Below, one piece after another: positions 47,197 to 55,241 of a stretch of 55,915 nucleotides of DNA. The stretch comes from an archaeon (lineage in GTDB: Archaea > Nanobdellota > Nanobdellia > Pacearchaeales > GW2011-AR1). The stretch spans positions 80,559-136,473 of the forward strand of contig JABGRV010000006.1 in assembly GCA_018648095.1 (NCBI GenBank), written 5' to 3'. Numbering within the stretch: position 1 is the stretch's first letter; every line of letters starts with the position of its first letter. Under the pieces are notes generated by a model. The model worked only from the letters and a program-made list of their open reading frames with translations, had not been told where the DNA came from and searched no databases. Position numbers and translations under genes: made by a program.

Positions 47197-48115
47197 ATCC
47201 CAATTCAAAACAATTCTCTCCACCTACCCAATCGGAGAATACAAAGAACACAAATACCTCGAAGATGTATTCGAGAACGACGTTTACATCCTGAAAACGA
47301 CCAAAGGGAAATACATTCTGAAAGTTCTAAGAAATATCAAGGTCGGCGACATGAAGGAACAACTTGAACTGATAGACTTCTTATATTCTAAAGGCTTGCC
47401 TGTTGTGAAGAACATTAAAGATCGGAAGGGAAGGGAAATTTCGAAACATGGCGGGAAATGGTTACTAATTCAGGGTTTTGTCGAAGGAACTTGCGAACAG
47501 GATTTTGATAAGAAGCTTGTTAAGAACATCGCAGGACATGTTGGTAAAATGCACAAGATTTTGTTGAAGTCTAAGTTTGGAGTTCAGAGAAAGAAAGACC
47601 ATGTATACAAGAAAAGAAATCTCAGTTCAATAAAGAAACACGGCTTAGACAAAATCCAAAACGAACTCTTTAAGGAATTGAATGAAAGAATTGATAGATC
47701 TAAATTGAAAAAAGCCAGAATTCACAGCGATCTAACTAATGTGAATCTCTTGATAAAAGATAACAAGTTGAATGCAATTATTGATTGGGATGATTCCGAT
47801 TATGATTATCTAGTTTATGAAATCGCCATATTTCTTGCACATAGTTGCGTGAGGGGTAAGCAGATCCACCGGGGTAAAATAAAGATCTTCATGAAGGAAT
47901 ATCAGAAGCATGTGAAGTTAAACGAGGAAGAGAAAAAGGCGATCTATTTCCTCATGAAGTACAGGCTATTTGGCATCCTTAATTGGTATCTTAAATATAT
48001 TAAGTCTCATTCTGAGAGAAAAGAGATGCTAGAGCGAGGGATAAAAAGGAGTGTTCGAAGAATATTGAAGTTCGAGAAGGTTGGTGTTGAAGATTTTTTA
48101 GAGAAATGTTTTTAA
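47186..48115 (+). CDS. phosphotransferase-family kinase (APH/ChoK-like), second copy
   Basis: IHSDLTNVNLLIKDNKLNAIIDWDDS is an APH catalytic loop (H.D....N ... IDWD). Confidence 0.6.
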   Translation: MLNKSQFKTILSTYPIGEYKEHKYLEDVFENDVYILKTTKGKYILKVLRNIKVGDMKEQLELIDFLYSKGLPVVKNIKDRKGREISKHGGKWLLIQGFVEGTCEQDFDKKLVKNIAGHVGKMHKILLKSKFGVQRKKDHVYKKRNLSSIKKHGLDKIQNELFKELNERIDRSKLKKARIHSDLTNVNLLIKDNKLNAIIDWDDSDYDYLVYEIAIFLAHSCVRGKQIHRGKIKIFMKEYQKHVKLNEEEKKAIYFLMKYRLFGILNWYLKYIKSHSERKEMLERGIKRSVRRILKFEKVGVEDFLEKCF

Positions 48116-48306
48116 ACTTCTTTTTATTTTAACAGATATGGAAGAATATAGAGATCCGGCAGAACCTGGTGCGAGTGGAGTTCGTAACCTGACTTCTGAA
48201 GATTTTAGGAAATGTAACGATTTAACTTTTAAGCACATTAGAGACTTTGATAGACATTACAGCAGTAAAAAAACTGGTAAGTAGTTTTTTCTAATAAAAT
48301 ATCAAC

Positions 48307-49011
48307 ATGGAAGACTATCTAAAGAAAATATTTCAGGAAAGGAAAGACTTATCCGAAGAAGACAAAATCTTAATTGAAAAAGCATACTCTTTTGCAGAAG
48401 AAGCCCATAAAGGCCAAATGAAGGGCAAGAAACCCTTTTTTATTCACCCTGCAACGGTTGGACTCCGCCTAGCAGAATGGGGACAAGATAGCAAGATTAT
48501 CTCTGCAGGACTATTACATGATACTGTTGAAGATACTAAAGTAAAATTATCTGAAATCAAGAAAGAATTCGGAGAAAAAATAGCTTTTTATGTAGATGGA
48601 ATGAGTTGGTCCAAAAAGAAAGTAAATGGAAAGATGATTGAGGACTATGAAGGCCTATTTAAGAAATTTTTAGAACACGTCAAACAAGATCCAACTATTG
48701 CAATAATTAAGGCAGGAGATATGTTTAGAGCAGAACCTAAAGATGTTGAAAAGTTCGTTAATATCCTAAAAGAAAAAGGATTATGGGAAGGATTCCAAAA
48801 AATGATCAACTGGAGATTTAGGGGATTTTGGCTTCCCTTCTTCAGAGAAATTGGTTTTAATAAATTAGTTGAACAAGTAGAAAGAGGCAGAACCAGATTC
48901 GTAGAAGAAAAAAATGTCAAAGTAAAATTATATGATTATATCCCCAAAGAAGATTTAGAAGAAATCAAAACCAAAATTAATGGGATAAAAGGGCTTGAGG
49001 CGTTGAGATAG
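48307..49011 (+). CDS. HD-domain hydrolase of RelA/SpoT (small alarmone hydrolase / Mesh1-like) type
   Basis: FIHPATVGLRLAEWGQDSKIISAGLLHDTVEDT matches the (p)ppGpp-hydrolase HD motif H...HD.VED. Confidence 0.55.
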   Translation: MEDYLKKIFQERKDLSEEDKILIEKAYSFAEEAHKGQMKGKKPFFIHPATVGLRLAEWGQDSKIISAGLLHDTVEDTKVKLSEIKKEFGEKIAFYVDGMSWSKKKVNGKMIEDYEGLFKKFLEHVKQDPTIAIIKAGDMFRAEPKDVEKFVNILKEKGLWEGFQKMINWRFRGFWLPFFREIGFNKLVEQVERGRTRFVEEKNVKVKLYDYIPKEDLEEIKTKINGIKGLEALR

Positions 49012-49058
49012 TTTAGAAAATAATCAACACCAATCATCCGAGAATCCCTCCGATCCAT

Positions 49059-49400
49059 TCAATATTTGAATTTTTTCTCATAGGTTTTATGATCCATCCA
49101 GTCTAAAATAATTGTTATGATTATTGCTTCTCCCCCACGAATAGAGTAAATAAGTCTCCATGCCCCTGGGAGGTTATACTTCCACACATTACTGATGCCA
49201 TGTTTCTTAATATAATCTTTTGGGATTAATCTTTTTGGAATCTGAATTCCGCAGAAAGGATTTTCTTCTATATCGCCTAATGCCTTTTCTAATTGATCTT
49301 TTAGTGGTTTTTCTTCTAGTTCTTCATAGGTTTTTTGCACTTTTTCGTTCACAAATTGGACTTCGCAGGGCTTATTCACTTTTTCTTTCCTCCCCTCCAA
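49059..49400 (-). CDS. RelE/ParE-family toxin-like protein
   Basis: ...LEKALGDIEENPFCG...YNLPGAWRLIYSIRGGEAIIITIILDWMDHKTY follows the RelE/ParE consensus layout. Confidence 0.5.
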   Translation of the reverse strand: MEGRKEKVNKPCEVQFVNEKVQKTYEELEEKPLKDQLEKALGDIEENPFCGIQIPKRLIPKDYIKKHGISNVWKYNLPGAWRLIYSIRGGEAIIITIILDWMDHKTYEKKFKY

Positions 49401-49672
49401 GTCAAATGCGCCTTCTCAAGCCTCTTCTTTGCCTCTTCCGGATAAAATATCCACCCAATTTTTCCTTCACTATCTACAGAGATCTTTCCAGAGATTAATA
49501 GATAATCGATTATGGTACTATACGTTTGATACATCATTTTCTTAGGCAACCTCCCCCATAATTGCTTCTTTTTGTATTCTCCATCTCTTTCTTGTATAAA
49601 TTTTTCCACCATTAAGACCGTATCTAGTCGGGGAGATCTTGCAAGAGTTTTCTTTTCCATCATTAGTTTCAT
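49376..49672 (-). CDS. hypothetical 98-aa protein upstream of and overlapping the RelE-like gene (possible antitoxin)
   Basis: It overlaps the toxin gene by 25 nt in the expected antitoxin position. No fold was recognised. Confidence 0.3.
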   Translation of the reverse strand: MKLMMEKKTLARSPRLDTVLMVEKFIQERDGEYKKKQLWGRLPKKMMYQTYSTIIDYLLISGKISVDSEGKIGWIFYPEEAKKRLEKAHLTWRGGKKK

Positions 49673-49721
49673 AGTTATATCAGATGATATACCCTTATAA
49701 ATGCTTTGATTAGATGCTAAA

Positions 49722-49784
49722 TCAAACCTTCACCAACCCCTTCGGGAAATAAACATACTTATACTCTTCATAAGCAATCAACAT
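49722..49784 (-). pseudogene. orphan 3' fragment of an lrp-like gene (encodes MLIAYEEYKYVYFPKGLVKV*), part of the 48-bp direct repeat
   Basis: Near-identical at the DNA level to the true lrp 3' end at 54187..54234. Nothing lrp-like lies upstream of it. Confidence 0.6.
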
Positions 49785-49805
49785 TAAATAGGCACGAAAA
49801 ACAAT

Positions 49806-50771
49806 CTAATACTTATCCAATATCCCCAATAGATAATCATAAGATTTATTTGTTTGTTTTAACATGAATTGATAATATTTTTTCTTTCGCCCATCTCTTG
49901 CCGAAGCTATTGCATTGAAATATGATTCTTTGTTCTCTTTATGAACGATTATTGGGGGATACCCATTTTGAATCAATATCTTATTTAGGATTAATCTTCC
50001 AGTTCTTCCATTTGCATCTCTGAATGGGTGAATTCTTTCATATTCCAGATGAAAATCATATGCTAATATTAGGGGGTGAATTTTCTTTTTATTTTTCTTA
50101 TACCATTTAATCAATTCTTCCAGTTCTCTTTTGACATCTTTTGGATCGCTCGTTGGAGAGTTACCAACAACTAAATCCACTGTTTTAAATCCTCGGGGAT
50201 AGGGGTTTCTATTATCCATTAGCAATTTTTTAGTTAAAATATAATACAATCTTTTGATTGACTCCAGATTAAAATTAAAATCCTTTAGATATTCAAAGGC
50301 ATCTATTGAATTCAGTGCTTCACGTGCCTCATTTTTGTTTTTATAGCCTAGATTACCGGTTTCTATAATTTTTTTAACTGCCTGTTCAGGGATTTTTGAC
50401 CCCTCAATATTATTAGAATTAAAAATAAATTTAATTGCAAAATCTGTTTCGACAGATTTCGGATGTTTCTTTATCTCCTTTAAATTGTTTATCTTAATTG
50501 CTTTTTCTTCTATTTTTTCGGGAAGATTGCCATCATAAGATAATTCTTTATTAATTGATTTTAAAAAACCTAACTTGAAATTTAATTCTTCTTTTGTAAT
50601 TTTATCCAAATTTTCTAAAAGATGCTTTTCCTTAGTAATTGCTGAGGTCCCCTTTCCGATGTGTTCTTTGTATACAAATTTTTTACCCATAAAAGTAGAT
50701 TTTTTTACAAATTTAAGATAAGTATGCCCCTTAACTTCCACCTTATCAATCGAACTCATATAAATTATCAA
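49806..50771 (-). CDS. Fic/Doc family protein (second paralog)
   Basis: Fic motif HPFRDANGRTGR. It has the same overall layout as the Fic at 16484..17416. Confidence 0.8.
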   Translation of the reverse strand: MIIYMSSIDKVEVKGHTYLKFVKKSTFMGKKFVYKEHIGKGTSAITKEKHLLENLDKITKEELNFKLGFLKSINKELSYDGNLPEKIEEKAIKINNLKEIKKHPKSVETDFAIKFIFNSNNIEGSKIPEQAVKKIIETGNLGYKNKNEAREALNSIDAFEYLKDFNFNLESIKRLYYILTKKLLMDNRNPYPRGFKTVDLVVGNSPTSDPKDVKRELEELIKWYKKNKKKIHPLILAYDFHLEYERIHPFRDANGRTGRLILNKILIQNGYPPIIVHKENKESYFNAIASARDGRKKKYYQFMLKQTNKSYDYLLGILDKY

Positions 50772-50786
50772 TAAAAAGACTTTATA

Positions 50787-50887
50787 TACTTTTCGATCTT
50801 TTGATCCCTAACAATTTTTGCATATAATTGCGTATACATTGGAGCATACAATAGAATTGTCTACTTTTCGATCTTTTGATCCCTAAC
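50787..50887. repeat. two copies of a 26-bp direct repeat TACTTTTCGATCTTTTGATCCCTAAC (50787-50812 and 50862-50887), 75 bp apart
   Basis: Exact identity. It lies in the divergent intergenic region between Fic2 and the deaminase gene. Confidence 0.8.
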
Positions 50888-50971
50888 TTTAAGCTATTTT
50901 TCTACTAATTGGTCCTAACTATACACCACACCCCATAAATCCTTATAAGCAATATCAAACCTCATACAATC

Positions 50972-51541
50972 ATGGAAAAAGGTGATATTCAAGCCATGTC
51001 TCAGAGAGAGCGGGACATTTATTTTTTAAGAGAGGCATTTAAGGCGGCACGAGATTTATCGCAAGATGCAAATCTTCAGACCGGGGCGGTAATCGTCAGC
51101 CCTTCATTAGAAATTATTTCCAGAGGGGCAAATAGAGTACATTTTGGTTTAAATGAGAGATATGATGGGAATGAGGAAAGAGTTATTCTTGAAAGACCTG
51201 AAAAATATTGTGATTTGACTCATGCTGAAAGAGATGCAGCTTATGTGGCAAATAGAAAGGGTATTTCCCTTGTGGGATGTACGCTTTATGCAACGTGGAC
51301 TCCTTGTGAACCTTGTGGAGAGATCGCAATGAATAATGGCATAGCAAGATTTGTTACGCATCAATCAACTACAGATTGGTACAATAAAGATGCAGGGAGT
51401 GTGAAAAATAGAACTGACTGGGCAGATAGCATAGTAAGAGCAATTGAAAAGTTAAGAAGATCCGGAATGGAATATGAATGTATAAGTGATCCAATTGGCG
51501 GAGTAGAATTCATTTTCGAGGATAAGATTAGAGCTCCTTGA
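50972..51541 (+). CDS. CMP/dCMP-deaminase-fold zinc deaminase
   Basis: HAERDAAY...CTLYATWTPCEPCGEIAM is the H(A)E ... PCxxC zinc-deaminase signature. The N-terminus YFLREAFKAARD resembles dCMP deaminases. Confidence 0.6.
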   Translation: MEKGDIQAMSQRERDIYFLREAFKAARDLSQDANLQTGAVIVSPSLEIISRGANRVHFGLNERYDGNEERVILERPEKYCDLTHAERDAAYVANRKGISLVGCTLYATWTPCEPCGEIAMNNGIARFVTHQSTTDWYNKDAGSVKNRTDWADSIVRAIEKLRRSGMEYECISDPIGGVEFIFEDKIRAP

Positions 51542-51645
51542 TCTCCCATCCTTCTAGATGCTTAAATGGTACTCGGAAACCTTAAAAACTCTAAAATCCC
51601 AATAAATGTATCCCAAAGGGAAGAAGAGTTCTGATAAAAAACAAA

Positions 51646-52743
51646 ATGGGATTAACAGCCATTGTGAAACCAACCCACGACTGCAATCTTAGGTGTAAAT
51701 ATTGCTATTTGACTGATGAGGCAGAAAAGGGAATGATGTCTCAAGAAACACTTCAAAATACTATGGCCCAGGTTGCAGAAGCATCGGGGGAAGGGGGAGC
51801 ACATTTTATTTGGCACGGTGGAGAACCACTATTGGCCGGAATGGATTTCTTTAGAGAAGCCGCACAAATTTCACATGCCCTTAAGGCAGATGGACGAAAC
51901 ATCTCTAATGCTATCCAATCAAATGGGACATTAATAACTGAAGAACTTTTAGATTTTATCGAACAAGAAAAAGATTTCTACCTAGGATTTAGCATCGATG
52001 GTCCAAAAGAAGTAAACGACAAAACAAGGGTTCATGCAAGTGGGAAAGGTGCATTTGAAGATATCTTTCGCGGAATAAAAATGGCAAGAGATCGAGAGGC
52101 ATTTGTTGGTAACGGTGCAATAACAGTAGTTAACAAAGAAAATTTGCCTCACCTTGACAAAATATATGATTTCTTTAACGGAGAAAAAATTAGTCTAAAA
52201 CTAAATCATATAATTGATGCAGCAGACCCAACTTTTGGAATCTCTCCTGTTGAGTATGCAACCGCAATGAATAAATTATTCGACAGATGGATCGAAGACT
52301 ACGATGCCATTAGAATAGATCCATTTTCTCAAATTATAGGAAATTTTATGACAAGTAGGCCTTCGGGGTGCAATTATTCGGGCTCTTGCCAAGACAACTT
52401 TGTATCTATAGGTCCCCAGGGAGATATATATCCGTGCGGAAGATTTGACGGACTAAAAGATTACTGGATGGGAAATGTAAACGAACCTAACGGATTAACA
52501 GAGGCACTTGAATCAAGCGTAAGAAAAAGACTTAAAGAAAGAAGACTAGAAAATATGGCAGGATGTAAAAAATGCGACTACGTACCAATTTGTAATGGAG
52601 GATGCCCACATAATGCCCTTGTTGCGGGAGATTTGATGGGCAAAGATCCCTATTGCGCCGGATATAAAATGATGTTCAAACATATTGAAAGGAAAGTACA
52701 TGAAGAATTAGCTAAGACCGAAATGAAAGGAGGTAAACAATAA
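51646..52743 (+). CDS. radical SAM enzyme with a C-terminal SPASM domain (anaerobic-sulfatase-maturase-like peptide-modifying enzyme)
   Basis: CNLRCKYCY (CxxxCxxC) at residues 13-21 with no N-terminal RRE. GGEPLL follows. SPASM cysteines CNYSGSC...C...GCKKCDYVPICNGGCPHN. Confidence 0.8.
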   Translation: MGLTAIVKPTHDCNLRCKYCYLTDEAEKGMMSQETLQNTMAQVAEASGEGGAHFIWHGGEPLLAGMDFFREAAQISHALKADGRNISNAIQSNGTLITEELLDFIEQEKDFYLGFSIDGPKEVNDKTRVHASGKGAFEDIFRGIKMARDREAFVGNGAITVVNKENLPHLDKIYDFFNGEKISLKLNHIIDAADPTFGISPVEYATAMNKLFDRWIEDYDAIRIDPFSQIIGNFMTSRPSGCNYSGSCQDNFVSIGPQGDIYPCGRFDGLKDYWMGNVNEPNGLTEALESSVRKRLKERRLENMAGCKKCDYVPICNGGCPHNALVAGDLMGKDPYCAGYKMMFKHIERKVHEELAKTEMKGGKQ

Positions 52744-52988
52744 TGGCCAAAAAGAAAAAAACCGGTGAAATAATGGGACATGAGATAGATCCTTCAAAAA
52801 TAAAAAATCCACATATCCGAAGAGCAATTAAGCAACGAGGCGGATTTTTATTTTGGTATCGTGAAAATAAAAACTATTGCGAAGGAGGATATCAACCAAC
52901 CCGCTGGCATACAGAACATACGGAAAGTGGAGCATATACTGAACAATATAGACATAATGAACACTGTGATGCAAACGACTACAGGTAG
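52743..52988 (+). CDS. small peptide A (81 aa; candidate precursor/substrate peptide of the radical SAM enzyme)
   Basis: Its ATG overlaps the radical SAM stop (TAATG). The core EIMGHEIDPSKIKNPHIRRAIKQRGGFLF is shared with peptide B. The C-terminus is Y/H/E/C-rich. Confidence 0.5.
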   Translation: MAKKKKTGEIMGHEIDPSKIKNPHIRRAIKQRGGFLFWYRENKNYCEGGYQPTRWHTEHTESGAYTEQYRHNEHCDANDYR

Positions 52989-52999
52989 TTATTAACAAA

Positions 53000-53209
53000 A
53001 TGAAAAACGAAAAAAGATTACCCGATAAATGTGAAATAATGGGACATCAAATAAGTTTAACAGATATCGAAAATCCACATATCCGAAGAGCAATTAAGCA
53101 ACGAGGCGGATTTTTATTTAAATATAAGGAAGTGGAAGACTACGATGATTTACCCCATCCACACTATCAAGCATACGATGATTCAGATGATTATCCGGAC
53201 ATGGATTAA
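53000..53209 (+). CDS. small peptide B (69 aa; paralog of peptide A)
   Basis: EIMGHQISLTDIENPHIRRAIKQRGGFLF, with a 48-nt stretch identical to peptide A. The C-terminus is acidic and Tyr/His-rich: DYDDLPHPHYQAYDDSDDYPDMD. Confidence 0.5.
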   Translation: MKNEKRLPDKCEIMGHQISLTDIENPHIRRAIKQRGGFLFKYKEVEDYDDLPHPHYQAYDDSDDYPDMD

Positions 53210-53256
53210 AGATATAATAAGGGCTCCTTGATTAACTTAATCCCCTGGCCTTTTTC

Positions 53257-54141
53257 TTACAATCCCATACCGCAAGCAACCTTTTGCTCTGCCGTTAAAT
53301 CCTTAATATCTTCCAAATTGAAAACTTGGCTACAGCATCCTGATCTCGCCCAATCCATATTTACTTTCTTACATAGCTCTGGGTCATTTTTTCTTATAGC
53401 AAAATCACTATAACATGAGCTTCGGGCATAACTCCCATCAAGGGGCCCATCATTAAGATATTTATCGCAAAAAGATTCATCCTCCTGTGTACGAGCATAT
53501 GCGAGATAACAGCTTTCACTTATCCACGCTCTTTCACAGATTGTAGGATCTCCTGCAGCAAAAGCCCTCTCGAAGTAGCAGCCTTCATCCCCAGTTAAAC
53601 AAAAACCATTATAGTAAAATTTACCAAAACCAATCAATAATGCTAAGATAATCAGGGCAACAAGAAGTATTGCTGTTCCTTTCCCACGTAAGGAAAAGTA
53701 GACCCAAGAAAATAAGCTAGAAAATATTATTCCAATGACAAAATATGCTGCGATAAAGCCAGTTATCATAAAATATGCCATAGCAGATTCTCCGGAGCAG
53801 ATACCCCTACAAGGAATCATCATAAGCCCATTAAGAAGAACCGCTAGTGCAATTGAGGATATCAATAAAAAATATAAATTTCTCGAAAAGGCTATTTTCC
53901 CTGATTGACGTTCTTTTGATTTTATTGTATTATACGAAGTTATTGAAAATATTATGAATATTGGAATTGGAAACATGAGGGCGGTCCCGAAGAGTCGACT
54001 GACTTCTCTGAATCCACTTACACTAAAAAAACCAACCAAGAGAAATATGCAAAATGTTAAAAGATAAAATCCAGCCCCCCATAAAACTGACTCTAGCAAA
54101 ATCTTCCCCCTACTTTTCACCTGAACTTCTTCTTGATCCAT
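53257..54141 (-). CDS. polytopic membrane protein with a C-terminal Cys-rich domain
   Basis: About 6 TM helices, then a ~110-aa domain with about 10 Cys. It is convergent with the peptide genes. Confidence 0.5.
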   Translation of the reverse strand: MDQEEVQVKSRGKILLESVLWGAGFYLLTFCIFLLVGFFSVSGFREVSRLFGTALMFPIPIFIIFSITSYNTIKSKERQSGKIAFSRNLYFLLISSIALAVLLNGLMMIPCRGICSGESAMAYFMITGFIAAYFVIGIIFSSLFSWVYFSLRGKGTAILLVALIILALLIGFGKFYYNGFCLTGDEGCYFERAFAAGDPTICERAWISESCYLAYARTQEDESFCDKYLNDGPLDGSYARSSCYSDFAIRKNDPELCKKVNMDWARSGCCSQVFNLEDIKDLTAEQKVACGMGL

Positions 54142-54168
54142 CCTTTCAGATAATCGCGTTAGAAGTTT

Positions 54169-55182
54169 TTAAGGGTTTCCAACAAGCCCCTTCGGGAAAT
54201 AAACATACTTATACTCTTCATATGCAATCAGCATTTCATATCTGTTCAACTGCTTAGGAAACAATCCTCTCAACTTCAAGATCGTCTCCTGTAAATCCGC
54301 AACATCCTTGACCAATAGGTAGATCAAAACATTATATCTCCCAATAGTCTTAACTGCCCAAAGCGTATTACGATCTTTATCCAAGAAACTCTTCAACTTA
54401 TTCTCTTTCTCCGCATCGAACCCATCGATATTCAACAAGAAGGTGTATAAACTATAACCAAGCGAGATATAATTAATCGCAGGGATAAACTTGATGATCA
54501 CTCCTGATGCAATCATGTTCTTTATCCTATAACTAACAGCGTCGGCAGAAAGCCCAACTTTCCCCCCGATCTCAAACAAAGGAGTCTGAGCTTCTTCTCC
54601 CAAAATATCCAAGATTTTAATATCAACTCCATCCAACTTACCACGACTACCCCCAACAACATCCTTCTTCATTGGAGCCAACCCAGAAAAATTAGGTGGA
54701 AAAGTCTCCGCAACATAATTCTTTGAGATCGCCAGAACTTCATAATCCTGGATCATCCCATTACAATCTGATAGAACCTTCCCTAAAACATCATCCAAAC
54801 CAGAAACACCCTTAGCCACCAATGCAATCTCCAAATCAAAGTTCCCACTGAACTTCAAGATCGCCCTAATAAATGGCCGCTTCACCAACTTAGCAACAAC
54901 CTTCTTTTCAGCTTCAGAAGATGGATTATTCAACTTAATGAACAGATGATAATTGTCATAGCCAAATTTTCCAATATTCACAATCGTTCTATAACCCTGA
55001 ATAACTCCCTTATCCTCAAACCCCTTAATTCTATAGCTCACAGCATCCCTAGAAAGCCCCACCTTCTTAGAAATCTGGGTGAGTGGCATCCTAGCATCAG
55101 TAGAAAGAAGTGAAACAATCTTCTTATCCTTCACATCAAGCTTAACCTGCTTAACCTTTCCATTCTTCTGTAAGTATCTCAT
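54169..55182 (-). CDS. tandem-duplicated Lrp/AsnC-family transcriptional regulator (two HTH+RAM units)
   Basis: Two repeats of ...KIVSLLSTDARMPLTQISKKVGLSRDAVSYRIK... / ...KILDILGEEAQTPLFEIGGKVGLSADAVSYRIK..., each followed by a RAM-like region. Confidence 0.75.
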   Translation of the reverse strand: MRYLQKNGKVKQVKLDVKDKKIVSLLSTDARMPLTQISKKVGLSRDAVSYRIKGFEDKGVIQGYRTIVNIGKFGYDNYHLFIKLNNPSSEAEKKVVAKLVKRPFIRAILKFSGNFDLEIALVAKGVSGLDDVLGKVLSDCNGMIQDYEVLAISKNYVAETFPPNFSGLAPMKKDVVGGSRGKLDGVDIKILDILGEEAQTPLFEIGGKVGLSADAVSYRIKNMIASGVIIKFIPAINYISLGYSLYTFLLNIDGFDAEKENKLKSFLDKDRNTLWAVKTIGRYNVLIYLLVKDVADLQETILKLRGLFPKQLNRYEMLIAYEEYKYVYFPKGLVGNP

Positions 55183-55241
55183 ATACTGATTAACCTAAGA
55201 TTCATTATAAATCTTTCGGAAAAGGCGTAAATTCCATTCAG

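Noticed and set aside
50787-50887. Possible CRISPR array
   Set aside because: There are only two repeat copies with a single 49-bp spacer. No further repeats, leader or cas genes are in the window. No other CRISPR-like periodicity was seen.
53228-53413. 61-aa plus-strand ORF immediately after peptide B that might be a third peptide
   Set aside because: It has no similarity to the shared MGH...NPHIRRAIKQRGGFLF core. It overlaps the 3' end of the convergent membrane-protein gene, and is more likely a shadow ORF.
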